64,000 nt of DNA from Spirochaetia bacterium. GTDB taxonomy: Bacteria; Spirochaetota; Spirochaetia; SP-2023. How positions within the stretch are numbered: the first letter of the stretch is position 1; each line of letters begins with the position of its first letter. Made by a program: the position numbers and the translations under genes. The notes under the pieces are model-generated. The model was not told the DNA's origin, did no database searches, and saw only the letters and a program-made list of their open reading frames with translations. Shown here piece by piece: positions 8,501 through 17,790 of the stretch. The stretch lies in contig OZ253665.1 in the NCBI GenBank assembly GCA_965263295.1, positions 2,208,001 through 2,272,000 on the forward strand, in the 5' to 3' direction.

Positions 8501-10805
8501 GCAGTTTGGGTAGTGAATGCTTCAGCAACTGCGGCAGCGAGAATTTCGATAGTTGGACGACCTGTTTTTGATCCAGCTGGCTTTGAAGTTCATTTTGTGC
8601 GCTTTGCAGTTTCTGCATGGCTTCATTTTGCCGGTCAATTTGGGCACTGACCTGTTGTAAGAGTTCTTTAATTTCCTGTTCTTTGTGGTAAGGATTATAA
8701 GCCAGGCGAGTCTGGTGCAGACTAATATCTTCCTGCCATTGCTCTAATAGGCGAATATTGCTAAATGCCACTTGCAACTGAGAGGCAATAGCTTTTAAAT
8801 CACGATTGTTGGATTCCAGCTTCTGGTCGTTGTGGAATAAACGCTGTTGCAGGAGAGCCTTGAAACCTTGCTGCTGGCCGGCCTGTTCGGCGTAGCCTGA
8901 GAAGTCGATATAGAGTTGTTGCAGGAGCGGCTGGGTATCGACAAGGTTTTGGCGCACAGCTAACAGGGTATTGCTCATCTCGCCATAGAGTGGCGATAGC
9001 GGTGCTTGCAGACGCTGTTGCACCCCATTGCTGTAACGAGCTAGATCGGACAGCTCGTTCATATATGAGGCCAACTGCTGCTGCATCTGGTAGAGAGCAT
9101 TGCCAATGCGTTTGGCCGGCTCGCCGACTTTGCCGTTTTGCCAGTCTTCCCAGGTATCTTCGACGCGCTGTATCAGAGGCGCCCACTGTTCGACAAGGCC
9201 CCTGAGGTCTAGGCGCAGGTCCCGCAGGTTATGGTGGAACTTTATGACTTCCGGTTGCTGGCGTGAGCTTTTGGGCAGCTGAGCCATAATGTTGACTAAG
9301 TAGGTGTTCCAATTATCCAGCTGCCCCGACAAGCGTATTTGCTGGACGCGCCAGGCCTGTAAATCTTCTTCTGGTGAACGCAGCTCTCTGTAGGGGGCGA
9401 GTTGGCGCAGTTTACTTTGTTGAAGTTCTTGGGCGACACCCAGGTTCTCCTCCAAGGCCTGTAATTGGGAAAAGCGTTTACTTTCGCTGTGGTAAAGCAG
9501 ATTTAAAGCTTCGATGTCAATGCTGGGCAGGTAGAGAGTTTCTGCTTGTGGCTTATCGCTGTCCTGGGTCTTTGACTGGGGTTCGGCTTGGACGGTCTGG
9601 GCTGCCTGGTTTGTTTCACTTGTCTGGTCTGCCTGGTCTTCTGTTCTGGCGGCGCTCGCTTGCCGGTGCTCTTCCAACAGTTGGTTGTTGCGACGTTGTT
9701 CTGCTAACAATTGACGCAGTAGCTCGTCGGTCAAGGATTCTTTTGCCGGTGGCACCTCTGGCTGTGTGGGGGCCGGGGCCGGCTCTTCTGCTACCGGTTT
9801 GTCTTGAATCGGTTTAGTTTCGATCGGAGCTGAATTCAGTACCTGGGGGTCATGAAATTCCCGCAGGTTAGTGAAGCTTGGAACGGAATCGAAAGCGAGG
9901 TAGATGACGTAGCTACGCGATTGGCGCGCCGAAAGTGGACGTGCGTCGTAGTAGAGGCCCAATGCCGGGTTGTTGCTGTCGTACAGGTTGTAACCGAAAC
10001 CTTGGCTGTTGAGCTGGAAGCCATAGTTCCAGCCGGCCTCGTGTAGTTTCGTCCAGTTCGCCAAGATGACTCGGTCAGGGCAGGTGGAGCCGCGCACGTT
10101 CAGATAAAAGTAGGCGTTGTAGCTAGTTTGGACAAAATAAGGCACCTGGCTTGTCTCCAGGATAGTTTCGCGAAATACATCGCCGTCGGGCAAGGAAAAC
10201 GCCGGCAAGCCCAGGTTGTTATTGGCAATGTCAAACATATGAAAAAGACCGACGCTTTGGGTAATTGATGCCGAGTTTTCGATAATTATGTTCAATCGGA
10301 TATAACTGGTCAGGCTGGACTCACTGAGGATGCGTACATAATACTTGACGTTGATTTTTTGTGGCAACTTCCAGAACATGGCCCCGCCGTCCGTCAACAG
10401 GGTGAGGCGCTCCGCTTTGTTGGCCAGGTAGCGGGTGCTGCGTCCGAGAGTATAGACGCGGCCATTTAGGGCTATGGCGATGTAGGTACTGCGCGGTTCG
10501 CGATCGTTGATCAGGCGCACTAGGCGGTTTTTGCCGACCTCACGCTTGTAAAGTGAATATGAGCCAGTATTGGGGCTAAATCGGATGATGTAATTATTTT
10601 TTTCAACGACTGGGTTATTCGTTCCCGTCATTGAAACTTGTGCATGTAAAGAGGGGAATATTTCGAGATGGCTTAGCCATAAGAAACATAGATAACTTAG
10701 AGTGGCGGCGGCCAGTCGATGCTTGCTGACTTGCTTTCGCATGGCAATGTGGGCTGGAGTCCAATTTCGCGGGCGTCTATTGGGTATTATGTTTAGAGTG
10801 TCCAA
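5583..10805 (-). CDS. Large exported protein: N-terminal globular domain, Q-rich coiled coil, Pro/Ser-rich linker, 20 tandem repeats
   Basis: 1740-aa ORF; ATG 10742 is an alternative start. Signal-peptide-like segment ending SLHA-Q, heptad Q/L-rich region, repeats containing LARRTPDG. Confidence 0.8.
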   Translation of the reverse strand: MDTLNIIPNRRPRNWTPAHIAMRKQVSKHRLAAATLSYLCFLWLSHLEIFPSLHAQVSMTGTNNPVVEKNNYIIRFSPNTGSYSLYKREVGKNRLVRLINDREPRSTYIAIALNGRVYTLGRSTRYLANKAERLTLLTDGGAMFWKLPQKINVKYYVRILSESSLTSYIRLNIIIENSASITQSVGLFHMFDIANNNLGLPAFSLPDGDVFRETILETSQVPYFVQTSYNAYFYLNVRGSTCPDRVILANWTKLHEAGWNYGFQLNSQGFGYNLYDSNNPALGLYYDARPLSARQSRSYVIYLAFDSVPSFTNLREFHDPQVLNSAPIETKPIQDKPVAEEPAPAPTQPEVPPAKESLTDELLRQLLAEQRRNNQLLEEHRQASAARTEDQADQTSETNQAAQTVQAEPQSKTQDSDKPQAETLYLPSIDIEALNLLYHSESKRFSQLQALEENLGVAQELQQSKLRQLAPYRELRSPEEDLQAWRVQQIRLSGQLDNWNTYLVNIMAQLPKSSRQQPEVIKFHHNLRDLRLDLRGLVEQWAPLIQRVEDTWEDWQNGKVGEPAKRIGNALYQMQQQLASYMNELSDLARYSNGVQQRLQAPLSPLYGEMSNTLLAVRQNLVDTQPLLQQLYIDFSGYAEQAGQQQGFKALLQQRLFHNDQKLESNNRDLKAIASQLQVAFSNIRLLEQWQEDISLHQTRLAYNPYHKEQEIKELLQQVSAQIDRQNEAMQKLQSAQNELQSQLDQKQVVQLSKFSLPQLLKHSLPKLQNDYYASAQLVQLVNPYPSTSRNRKPRNKMSDTVRPQINENELYNALKGFPEKSSPPLPEYKRNENSNQPSSSALSPSPSPYGNYAPQAASKEPIVPKGNPVMPDGSTTVGRNPTVDGNYTGQFTRPQTIAPVERKSYVESYRTDLESSEIPSSYYGIEPNQTSIQKPQPHASTDLGYGDRSSQVQTPIPNYGQKLSQQGGGLARRTPDGTQSLQGGGKGPKAQAQVPNYGQKLSQQGGGLARRTPDGTQSLHGGGKGPKAQAQVPNYGQKLSQQGGGLARRTPDGTQSLQGSGKGPKAQAQVPNYGQKLSQQGGGLARRTPDGTQSLHGGGKGPKAQAQVPNYGQKLSQQGGGLARRTPDGTQSLQGGGKGPKAQAQVPNYGQKLSQQGGGLARRTPDGTQSLQGGGKAQTQVPNYGQKLSQQGGGLARRTPDGTQSLQGGGKGPKAQAQVPNYGQKLSQQGGGLARRTPDDTQSLHGGGKAQTQLPSYGQKLSQQGGGLARRTPDGTQSLQGGGKGPKAQAQVPNYGQKLSQQGGGLARRTPDGTQSLQGGGKAQTQLPSYDQQLSQQGGGLARRTPDGTQSLQGGGKAQTQLPSYDQQLSQQGGGLARRTPDGTQSRQGGGKAQAQVPNYGQKLSQQGGGLARRTPDGTQSRQGGGKAQTQLPSYDQQLSQQGGGLARRTPDGTQSLQGGDKAQTQLPNYGQKLSQQGGGLARRTPDGTQSLQGGGKAQTQLPSYDQQLSQQGGGLARRTPDGTQSLQGGGKAQTQLPSYDQQLSQQGGGLARRTPDGTQSLQGGGKAQAQLPSYDQQLSQQGGGLARRTPDGTQSLQGGGKAQTQLPSYDQQLSQQGGGLARRTPDGTQSLQGGGKAQAQVPNYGQKLSQQGGGLARRTPDGIQHSPQTAPGSDSSVVPAKSILQQPSIGNDSEPYRDVKNFIQDMDTYLKYKKFDEKDVNDSEKRWSHLENKYHIDK
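5815..7938 (-). repeat. Intragenic tandem array of about 20 units of 105 or 114 bp (35/38 aa)
   Basis: Unit (V/L)P(N/S)Y(G/D)Q(K/Q)LSQQGGGLARRTPDGTQSLQGGGK[GPK]AQ(A/T)Q. 105-bp period checked between 5821 and 5926. Confidence 0.97.
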
Positions 10806-11884
10806 TCGACACCTCGAGAGCGCAAAAAGTCTTCAGCCTGCTTCTTCAGCAGATAGAGGCTGATGACACTGGCTTTGTACTGGGCTATGTTCTGCAAATC
10901 ATGCTGAGAAAAATAGCTGACTACCAGCAGATATACCGTGCGAGCGCCCTCCAGGTAATTGTCGCGTTCTAGGCTGCGTGCAATCCAGTAGTAGGCGTTG
11001 GGCACATAATAGCTGCCCTGGAATTGATAGAGGTAATCGACGAAGATTTCGCGGGCTTTCTGCATATTGCCTAAGGCAAAGTAGTAACGCCCGATCAAGT
11101 AGTAGAGTTCGGCATCGCGTTCATCGGTACTTTCGCGTAGAACATCCTGTTGCAGGCGAAATTGTTTGAGATAGTACGGAATAAATTCAAGGCGCCGTGC
11201 GGCTAGCAAGGACTTCAGCAACCAGTTCAAATAGTATGGATCGTTGACGGCGTCGGCGGTGTAACGGTTTTCCATGATGATTTCGCTGGCCAGCTCATAA
11301 TTACCTTGCTGAAACAGGCGTTTGCCATCGCTAAAGCTGCGGCCGGCCCTAGGCTCCAACTGTATTCCATAGGATTGTTTGATGGCCCCCTGCCGGCGGG
11401 ATCTATCACGGTTTTTTACATGATCGGCAATAGCTGAGTCCCCAGCTTGTATGTCAGTTGAAGACGGATAATTTGCGGACGGCTGGGGTGGTGAGAGTCC
11501 GGGATGTGGTATGGGCTGCCTGGGTGCCGCCACTGTGGGCCGTCTTTGATGGGCTAAGGTTTCTAGGGTACCTTGCAGAGTCTGCTGGAATTGGTTCTCC
11601 CGGCGGATCTGATTTTGAACTTTGCGGACTTGCCCCACTTTATTTTGTTTCCCTTTTTTTGCAGAAAAATAATCCGATATCAACTCCTGTAGATCAGTTT
11701 GCAAGGCCGGCCCTTGGGCGGTGAGGCTGAGATTACAAAGACAGAATAACGATAGACTTAGTAAAAGGGCACAACTGTGGCGCCAGGTGAAAACCAAGGC
11801 TTGCAAACCCGTTCTACCTATTTGTATAACTGGGATTTGCGTGCTTACTGAAGCGCTTAGTCGCCAAAGTGGCGTGGACGACAT
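10793..11884 (-). CDS. Exported TPR protein (CpoB/YbgF/BamD-like C-terminal TPRs)
   Basis: Signal-like hydrophobic stretch; TPRs LYYLIGRYYF and YVPNAYYWIARSL. Confidence 0.75.
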   Translation of the reverse strand: MSSTPLWRLSASVSTQIPVIQIGRTGLQALVFTWRHSCALLLSLSLFCLCNLSLTAQGPALQTDLQELISDYFSAKKGKQNKVGQVRKVQNQIRRENQFQQTLQGTLETLAHQRRPTVAAPRQPIPHPGLSPPQPSANYPSSTDIQAGDSAIADHVKNRDRSRRQGAIKQSYGIQLEPRAGRSFSDGKRLFQQGNYELASEIIMENRYTADAVNDPYYLNWLLKSLLAARRLEFIPYYLKQFRLQQDVLRESTDERDAELYYLIGRYYFALGNMQKAREIFVDYLYQFQGSYYVPNAYYWIARSLERDNYLEGARTVYLLVVSYFSQHDLQNIAQYKASVISLYLLKKQAEDFLRSRGVDWTL

Positions 11885-12188
11885 AGATGATTCCCCTCGA
11901 GCTTACAATCCCCCTCTATTGTGCTAATCTTAGAAACAGTCAATATAAAAATAAAGATTTCCTCTGCGTTTTTTTCTTTAGGGTTGAAAAATACAATGTA
12001 GTGTTTACTAGCGAGTTGCTTTGCGGGCTTCATCAGCTTGAATCTCTAATTTGAGTCCCTTTAACACATGAAGAAATTAAACCGTGGAAACGGTATAAAA
12101 ACTATAGCGAAATGGTTTTTTTGTTTCAAAAAGTGCCTTTTGAATGATATCAAGAGGCCTAGGGCCCAGAAAAGAAAGGAGTGCAAGT

Positions 12189-12632
12189 ATGGCATATATT
12201 AATTCGGTTATCATTCAGGGGAATTTGGTGCGTAAACCAGAGTTGCATCAGTTACCGAGTGGGACTTGTGTCGGGAGTTTTACCGTGGCGGTCAACCGCA
12301 GTTATCCAAAGCGCGACGGGAGCTGGCAGAATGATGTCTCGTATTTTGATTGTGAGAGCTGGGCCAATGAAGCGCAACGCTGCGAGGAAGAGCTGGAAAA
12401 GGGTTGTCACGTAAAAGTCGTAGGTCGCTTGCGACAAGACCGTTGGCAGGATAAGGAAGGCCGATCCCACAGTAAGATAAAAATTGTCAGTGAATATTTT
12501 GAGCGGCAGCAGACACAGCGTCAGAGCCATCGTGTTGAATCCTTGCACGCCGAGGCTATTCAGGCCGTGGCAAGTTCACCATCAAATTTAGCTGCAAGCT
12601 CCTCACAATCCGGCTCGGACATTTCATATTAA
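12189..12632 (+). CDS. ssb: Single-stranded DNA-binding protein
   Basis: INSVIIQGNLVRKPEL, FTVAVNR, V-GRLRQDRWQDKEG. AAAGGA RBS before ATG 12189. Confidence 0.92.
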   Translation: MAYINSVIIQGNLVRKPELHQLPSGTCVGSFTVAVNRSYPKRDGSWQNDVSYFDCESWANEAQRCEEELEKGCHVKVVGRLRQDRWQDKEGRSHSKIKIVSEYFERQQTQRQSHRVESLHAEAIQAVASSPSNLAASSSQSGSDISY

Positions 12633-12696
12633 TGAAATTGCGATAAAACTTAAAGAGCGAGATTTCAGGGGGCTTAGAGACGCCAGAAAGCAAGGC

Positions 12697-12736
12697 TCTG
12701 CCAGGAAGGCTTTGGGCCTTCCTGGCAGATATTTTT
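12697..12736 (+). terminator. Intrinsic terminator between convergent ssb and the nqrE-like gene
   Basis: 14-bp stem TCTGCCAGGAAGGC/GCCTTCCTGGCAGA followed by TATTTTTT. Confidence 0.7.
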
Positions 12737-13338
12737 TAGGAAACAGGAATCATGGCGGTAAAGCCGGTAAAGGCCAAAGCCATGAAACCAATCAGAAAAA
12801 GAGTAATTCCTGGACCGCGCAGGCCAGGTGCCAGCGGAGCCTTGGCAATACGTTTTTGCATGGCTGCTAGCAGGACAATGGCCAACCACCAACCTAAGCC
12901 GCTGCCCAAGGCAAAAGTCATGCTCTGTAGCAAGCTATAGTTGCGCAATACCATGAACAGTACGGCACCCAGGATAGCGCAGTTCACGGTGATCAGTGGC
13001 AAGAAGATGCCAAGGGCCATATACAGTGAAGGCGAGAGGCGATCAATCAGCATCTCAAGCATCTGTACTACGGCAGCGATGAGTGCGATATACACAATGT
13101 AACCTAGGTACTCAATTTCAAAGGGCACAAGGATATAGTTACGTACCAACCAGCTCAAGGTCACGGTGATAACGAGCACTACAGTGACGGCCATACCCAG
13201 ACCCATGGAAGATTTCTGGTCCTTGGAAATGGTGATGAACGAACACATGCCCAGAAAGTTGCTGAGTAGGATGTTGCTGGTAAATACCGAAGCAAACAGC
13301 AGTACCCAGGGGTTGATATTTGGTGCCAGTGCTTCCAT
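12736..13338 (-). CDS. nqrE: NqrE/RnfA-family membrane subunit (NqrE-like)
   Basis: FLGMCSF, LGIFLPLITVNCAILG, GSGLGWWLA, GLRGPGIT. Confidence 0.82.
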   Translation of the reverse strand: MEALAPNINPWVLLFASVFTSNILLSNFLGMCSFITISKDQKSSMGLGMAVTVVLVITVTLSWLVRNYILVPFEIEYLGYIVYIALIAAVVQMLEMLIDRLSPSLYMALGIFLPLITVNCAILGAVLFMVLRNYSLLQSMTFALGSGLGWWLAIVLLAAMQKRIAKAPLAPGLRGPGITLFLIGFMALAFTGFTAMIPVS

Positions 13339-13340
13339 GT

Positions 13341-13946
13341 TTATGAGTCCTCCTTGATGTATTTGCCTCGGACAATCCAAATAATGGTACCGAGCAGAAA
13401 AAAAGCGCTGGCCGGCATAGCCATGATGGTCCACTTAGGCATTTGATAAAAACCGGGCACCGGCATATTTAAAAAGGTGCCGAAACCGAATAACTCGCGG
13501 ACGATCGCAATTGCGACCAGAACAGCCATGTAGCCCAAGCCAGAGGTTAGGCCATCCCACAGAGAGAGCAGGACTGGATTGGACAGTGCAAAAGCCTCGG
13601 CGCGACCCATGATAATGCAGTTGGTAATGATCAAACCGACATAGGGGCCCAGGACTTTACTGGCTGCGGGGAAGTAGGCTTTGAGTATCATATCCACGAT
13701 AATTACGTATGTGGCAATGATCAGGGTCTGCACGATCATGCGCACCTTAAACGGGATTAATTCTTTTAGCAGGGATACCGTCAAGTTACTTAGGCCGGTG
13801 ACAAACATTACGCCCACAGTCATGATTAGAGTATTGCCGACATTGTTGGTTACGGCGAGAGTCGAACAAATACCCAGAATCTGCACAAAGATTGGATTTT
13901 GGTACCAAAGGTTGTTTTTCAGTACCGTCAATGGTGAATCGTACAT
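13341..13946 (-). CDS. nqrD: NqrD/RnfE-family membrane subunit (NqrD-like)
   Basis: NPIFVQILGICSTLAVT, VGLIITNCIIMGRAEAFA. Confidence 0.85.
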   Translation of the reverse strand: MYDSPLTVLKNNLWYQNPIFVQILGICSTLAVTNNVGNTLIMTVGVMFVTGLSNLTVSLLKELIPFKVRMIVQTLIIATYVIIVDMILKAYFPAASKVLGPYVGLIITNCIIMGRAEAFALSNPVLLSLWDGLTSGLGYMAVLVAIAIVRELFGFGTFLNMPVPGFYQMPKWTIMAMPASAFFLLGTIIWIVRGKYIKEDS

Positions 13947-13966
13947 AGCAAATGTCTCCTTAACGC

Positions 13967-14554
13967 TTAGTTCTGCTTTAACTCTTTGATAGCATTATTG
14001 ACGATCAAGGCAAAAGATGTTGAAGTTAGAGTCGCTCCAGAAATGGCATCAAATGCGCTGTTGTCGTGATCTGTACTGTAATCACCGCCGGCAGAAGGAG
14101 TCATGGTAATACTGTTGTCGATCTTCTCGCCGCGAAACTGATCTTGGAAAGGCTTCTCGCTAATGCGTCCCCCCAGGCCCGGTGTCTCTTTCTGTTCGAT
14201 GATTGACAGGCCGATAATCTGTGAAACATCTGCATTGACGGCAATGATACCACTTATGCGGTCCCACAGGCCCATCCCTGAAAAACGCAGAACCTTAACG
14301 AGCTCATTGTCCACTTGGGTTTCTTCGAGTGCAGAGGCTTCCGCGGGTAATTTGCCAAACTGTTTTTTATAAGCTTCGACAGGGTCATCGGTAGGATCTA
14401 TGCCGAGGGCCGTCAGCGTCGCTTTGGCCACTTCTTCCTGTTGGTTCAATCGGACTTGCTCTTCGGTGCAGTTGTAAATCCAGGCCAAAACCAGAACCAG
14501 GACAAAGGTCAGGGCAAATGTAAATAATGTACTGTACGCAAAATTTTCTCTCAT
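13967..14554 (-). CDS. nqrC: NqrC/RnfG-family FMN-binding subunit (NqrC-like)
   Basis: N-terminal TM, GMGLW, ETPGLGG, flavinylation motif DAISGATLTS. Confidence 0.82.
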   Translation of the reverse strand: MRENFAYSTLFTFALTFVLVLVLAWIYNCTEEQVRLNQQEEVAKATLTALGIDPTDDPVEAYKKQFGKLPAEASALEETQVDNELVKVLRFSGMGLWDRISGIIAVNADVSQIIGLSIIEQKETPGLGGRISEKPFQDQFRGEKIDNSITMTPSAGGDYSTDHDNSAFDAISGATLTSTSFALIVNNAIKELKQN

Positions 14555-14571
14555 CGGGGCTTCCTCCTATT

Positions 14572-15588
14572 TTAAGCTTTTGCTACTGCGGGTGCGGCGG
14601 GTTTCTTCTTTGCGGCTTTTTTCTTGACCGGAGCCATCGCATTGGGAGCATTGGGGAAGAATTCATCAAGGTAGGGAGCAAAGACGTTAGCGACCAAAAT
14701 GCCGAAGCTGGTCCCTTCGGGGAAGGAGGGGGCAAAGTAGCGGACCAGAACTGTTACCACGCCAAAAATCAGGCCGTAGTACCAAAGTGAAGGACGTTTC
14801 TTTGGCGCACTTACCGGGTCTGTGAGCATGAAAACGCAAACAAATAGAAAGCTGCCCGAAAATGTGCCAATGATTGGGTCAATGGCCGGGCTGAGGCTGT
14901 GTACGTTGAGAACTTGAGGGGCAAATAGTATAGAGGGAAGCAAAAAACCAATCAGGCCGCTGAGCATCAGTCTCCAGCTGGCTGTCTTGCTTGCCAGTAA
15001 ATAAATGGCAGCCAAGAGAACTAGAAGAATGGCACCTTCGCCTACAGAGGAGCTGTGGAAGCCTAGTAGCAGATCGACCCACCAGGGATTACCCGCACCC
15101 TTACTGGGGTCTGTCAGACCGCCCAGGTCGGCGCCGGCGCGAATCTGCATCAGGGGCGTGGGACTGGTATTGCCATCAAAATTTAGGCCAAAGCTGCCGG
15201 GCGCAAACCATTGCGAAGTCATGGGACCGGAAAAGATCAAATACATTAGTACCCGGCCGGTGATGGCCGGGTTGAACAGATTTCGGCCAAAGCCACCGAA
15301 GACCATCTTTGCCAGTATTACAGCCAGAATGATGCCGATAGGGACCATCCACAGAGGAAGAGCGGGGGGCATACCCATGGCGTAGAGAACAGAACTGACC
15401 AGTACAGCTTCGGAGACCTTTTTCTTCGAACTTGTGTACTTCAAGTACCAGTATTCCGTGAGCGTTCCGGCAAGAACAGAAACCAGGATAATGGCCAAGC
15501 TGCGCCAGCCATACAGGTAGACGGACCAAAGCGCAATGGGTGCGAGAGCGTACAAGACTTTCCGCATCATTGGCTGTTTTTGAAACAT
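14572..15588 (-). CDS. NqrB/RnfD-family membrane subunit
   Basis: KMVFGGFGRNLFNPA, T-S-P-T-P-L FMN site, VGEG, FMLTDPVSAP. Confidence 0.88.
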   Translation of the reverse strand: MFQKQPMMRKVLYALAPIALWSVYLYGWRSLAIILVSVLAGTLTEYWYLKYTSSKKKVSEAVLVSSVLYAMGMPPALPLWMVPIGIILAVILAKMVFGGFGRNLFNPAITGRVLMYLIFSGPMTSQWFAPGSFGLNFDGNTSPTPLMQIRAGADLGGLTDPSKGAGNPWWVDLLLGFHSSSVGEGAILLVLLAAIYLLASKTASWRLMLSGLIGFLLPSILFAPQVLNVHSLSPAIDPIIGTFSGSFLFVCVFMLTDPVSAPKKRPSLWYYGLIFGVVTVLVRYFAPSFPEGTSFGILVANVFAPYLDEFFPNAPNAMAPVKKKAAKKKPAAPAVAKA

Positions 15589-15749
15589 ATATACAATTCC
15601 TCCTCAATGGAAATATCGGGTTCTTGTCCAATTTAAATTCTGCACTTTATATTACCAATATTCAATATGGCGGACAAGGGATTTAGTCGGAATTCACACG
15701 GTTTACAAAGTTTGACCACGTTTTACCACGGGCCTTTTATGTAAATCGT

Positions 15750-16541
15750 CTAGAAAGTCGCTCTGGTTCTGATGCAGCTGTGCGCATCGTGTTTGTCCAT
15801 CTGTGAGATACCGTAAAGTGGGGATTGCGGGGAATTGCGCAGCCATTCAACAGGCAGGCCGATGACCGTATTTGCGCTGCCAGTGATTTGGGCCACAAGC
15901 TGGCGTCCCTGGTTCTGCAAGCGGTAGCCGCCCGCGGCACCACGCCATTCTTCGGTAGCTATGTATGCGGCGATGTTTGCGGGAGAGAGGCGATGAAATT
16001 GCAGCCGGGTAATTTCACTGTATCGTTGTGGCCACGCAGGCTTAGAGCGATCATGCCAGGCGATGGCTGAACAGACGTATTGTGGCGATGAGCTCAAATA
16101 GTGCAAGAAACAAGAGGCGGCCTGCGGGCTTGTGGGCTTGCCGAGTAGCAGCCATGGACCCCAAGGCTTTGCGCCGGCAGCTTGTAATTCATGTTTGCAC
16201 GGTACTGGCTCTGCGACTTTGCGGTTGCCAGCCAGGCGGGGATTCAAAATGGCTACCAGGGTATCTGCCGCCAGCCACACGCCTTGATCAATTTGCTGGC
16301 GATACTGCGCAAGTGCTGCCGTCAACTTGCCGGCGGCTATGTATTCGACTGCGTAACGTAATTCGGTCTGGGCGGGCAATGTGGTTGACGGGCAGGAAAG
16401 CTGTGGTTTGCCGGCCAAAAGTTGGCGGTCGTTTGGGAGTGCTTCGCTCGTATCTACCGGACAGATTTCCGGCTCCCAGCCAAGTTGCTGCAGCAGCGCC
16501 CGGCGTTGCGGTGAGGCCGAAGCCAGATAAAGCTTTTGCAT
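15750..16541 (-). CDS. maf: Maf-family nucleoside triphosphate pyrophosphatase
   Basis: LYLASASPQRRALL, AADT, LLGKP, AGGYRLQ, VIGLP. Carries loop insertions. Confidence 0.85.
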   Translation of the reverse strand: MQKLYLASASPQRRALLQQLGWEPEICPVDTSEALPNDRQLLAGKPQLSCPSTTLPAQTELRYAVEYIAAGKLTAALAQYRQQIDQGVWLAADTLVAILNPRLAGNRKVAEPVPCKHELQAAGAKPWGPWLLLGKPTSPQAASCFLHYLSSSPQYVCSAIAWHDRSKPAWPQRYSEITRLQFHRLSPANIAAYIATEEWRGAAGGYRLQNQGRQLVAQITGSANTVIGLPVEWLRNSPQSPLYGISQMDKHDAHSCIRTRATF

Positions 16542-16563
16542 GCTTGGAATCAATCGTTCCAGG

Positions 16564-17790
16564 CTAAAGTCCGGACAAAGCCGAGAATCCTTGTTCAAGG
16601 CCGCGAATCAGATTTTCTGGCTCTTCAAGACCGACGGACAGGCGCAAGAGCCCGTAGCGTATGCCGGCGGCTGCGCGGGCCTCTTCGCTCATATCGACGT
16701 GAGTCATGGTCGAGGGATGGGAAAGCAGGCTGGAAACACCGCCGAAAGAAACGGCAAACGATGCAGCCTTTTGGCCATAGACAAAAGTTTTGAGCTCCCT
16801 ATCCGTGGTGTCGGCCCCTGTCTGCTGGCCGCCCTTGCCGCGCAGCTCAAAGCTAAGCATTCCGCCAAAGCCTGCGAACTGTTGCCGGGCCAGTTGGTGA
16901 CCGGGTTGACTGGGTAGTCCGGGGTAAAATACCTGGTCCACCTGTGGGTGCTTTTCTAGGTACTCGGCCAGTTTTTGCGCACTCTCTTGCTGACGGCGCA
17001 TGCGGAGTGGCAGGGTATGCAGGCCGCGCGTCGCCAGCCAGGCATCAAACGCGGCCGCGCCCAGGCCCATGGTTTTGACCCACCAGTCAAGTTCGTTGTG
17101 CAAGCCCTCCTCGCGGCAGATGATGGCCCCGCCGATCAAGTCTGCGTGGCCATTGATGTACTTTGTCGTCGAGTGCCACACGATATCGGCTCCCAGAGAA
17201 AGGGGCTGGAAATTTACGGGGCTGAGCATGGTGTTGTCTACGGCGACGACGGGAGGGCGGCCCTGTGGGTCTCTCGCCTGCTGTGCCGCCCTCGTCCATG
17301 CGGCGACATCGCAGACACCTAATAGCGGATTGGACGGCGTTTCCAGCAAAACCAGGCGCGGTTTCAGGGCGAGGGCCTCGGTGGCAACTCTTGGGTCTGG
17401 GCTGTTGATGTCACAGTAGTGCCGGCGCAATAGGCCGCGTTCAGCCATTGCGTCGAGGAAGCGTTGGGTGCCACCATAGGCATCGTGTCCGCTGATGACC
17501 CAGTCGCCTGGTTGTACCAGCTGTAAAATCAGATTTAGGGCGGCCATGCCAGAAGCGGATATGATGCCTTTGCCGCAGCCACCCTCCATTTCGGCAAGGG
17601 CCTCGGCCAGGTAGTTGCTGTTGGGGTGAGAAACGCGGGCATACTCGTGCTCGCCCTCCAGGCCGAAGTCGGCCATACGGTAAATAGAGGTGGTATAGAT
17701 AGGTGTGTTCACGGCCTTATAATGGCTTTCGCGATCTACTCCCGCCAGGGCGGCTATGCTGTCGCGGGAGCGCTGCGGCTTTTGCTCCAT
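16564..17790 (-). CDS. metB: Cystathionine gamma-synthase (Cys/Met PLP enzyme)
   Basis: PIYTTS, YARVSHP, SGMAA, ETPSNP, VDNT, HSTTKYINGHAD (PLP Lys), LLRLSVGLE. Confidence 0.88.
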   Translation of the reverse strand: MEQKPQRSRDSIAALAGVDRESHYKAVNTPIYTTSIYRMADFGLEGEHEYARVSHPNSNYLAEALAEMEGGCGKGIISASGMAALNLILQLVQPGDWVISGHDAYGGTQRFLDAMAERGLLRRHYCDINSPDPRVATEALALKPRLVLLETPSNPLLGVCDVAAWTRAAQQARDPQGRPPVVAVDNTMLSPVNFQPLSLGADIVWHSTTKYINGHADLIGGAIICREEGLHNELDWWVKTMGLGAAAFDAWLATRGLHTLPLRMRRQQESAQKLAEYLEKHPQVDQVFYPGLPSQPGHQLARQQFAGFGGMLSFELRGKGGQQTGADTTDRELKTFVYGQKAASFAVSFGGVSSLLSHPSTMTHVDMSEEARAAAGIRYGLLRLSVGLEEPENLIRGLEQGFSALSGL

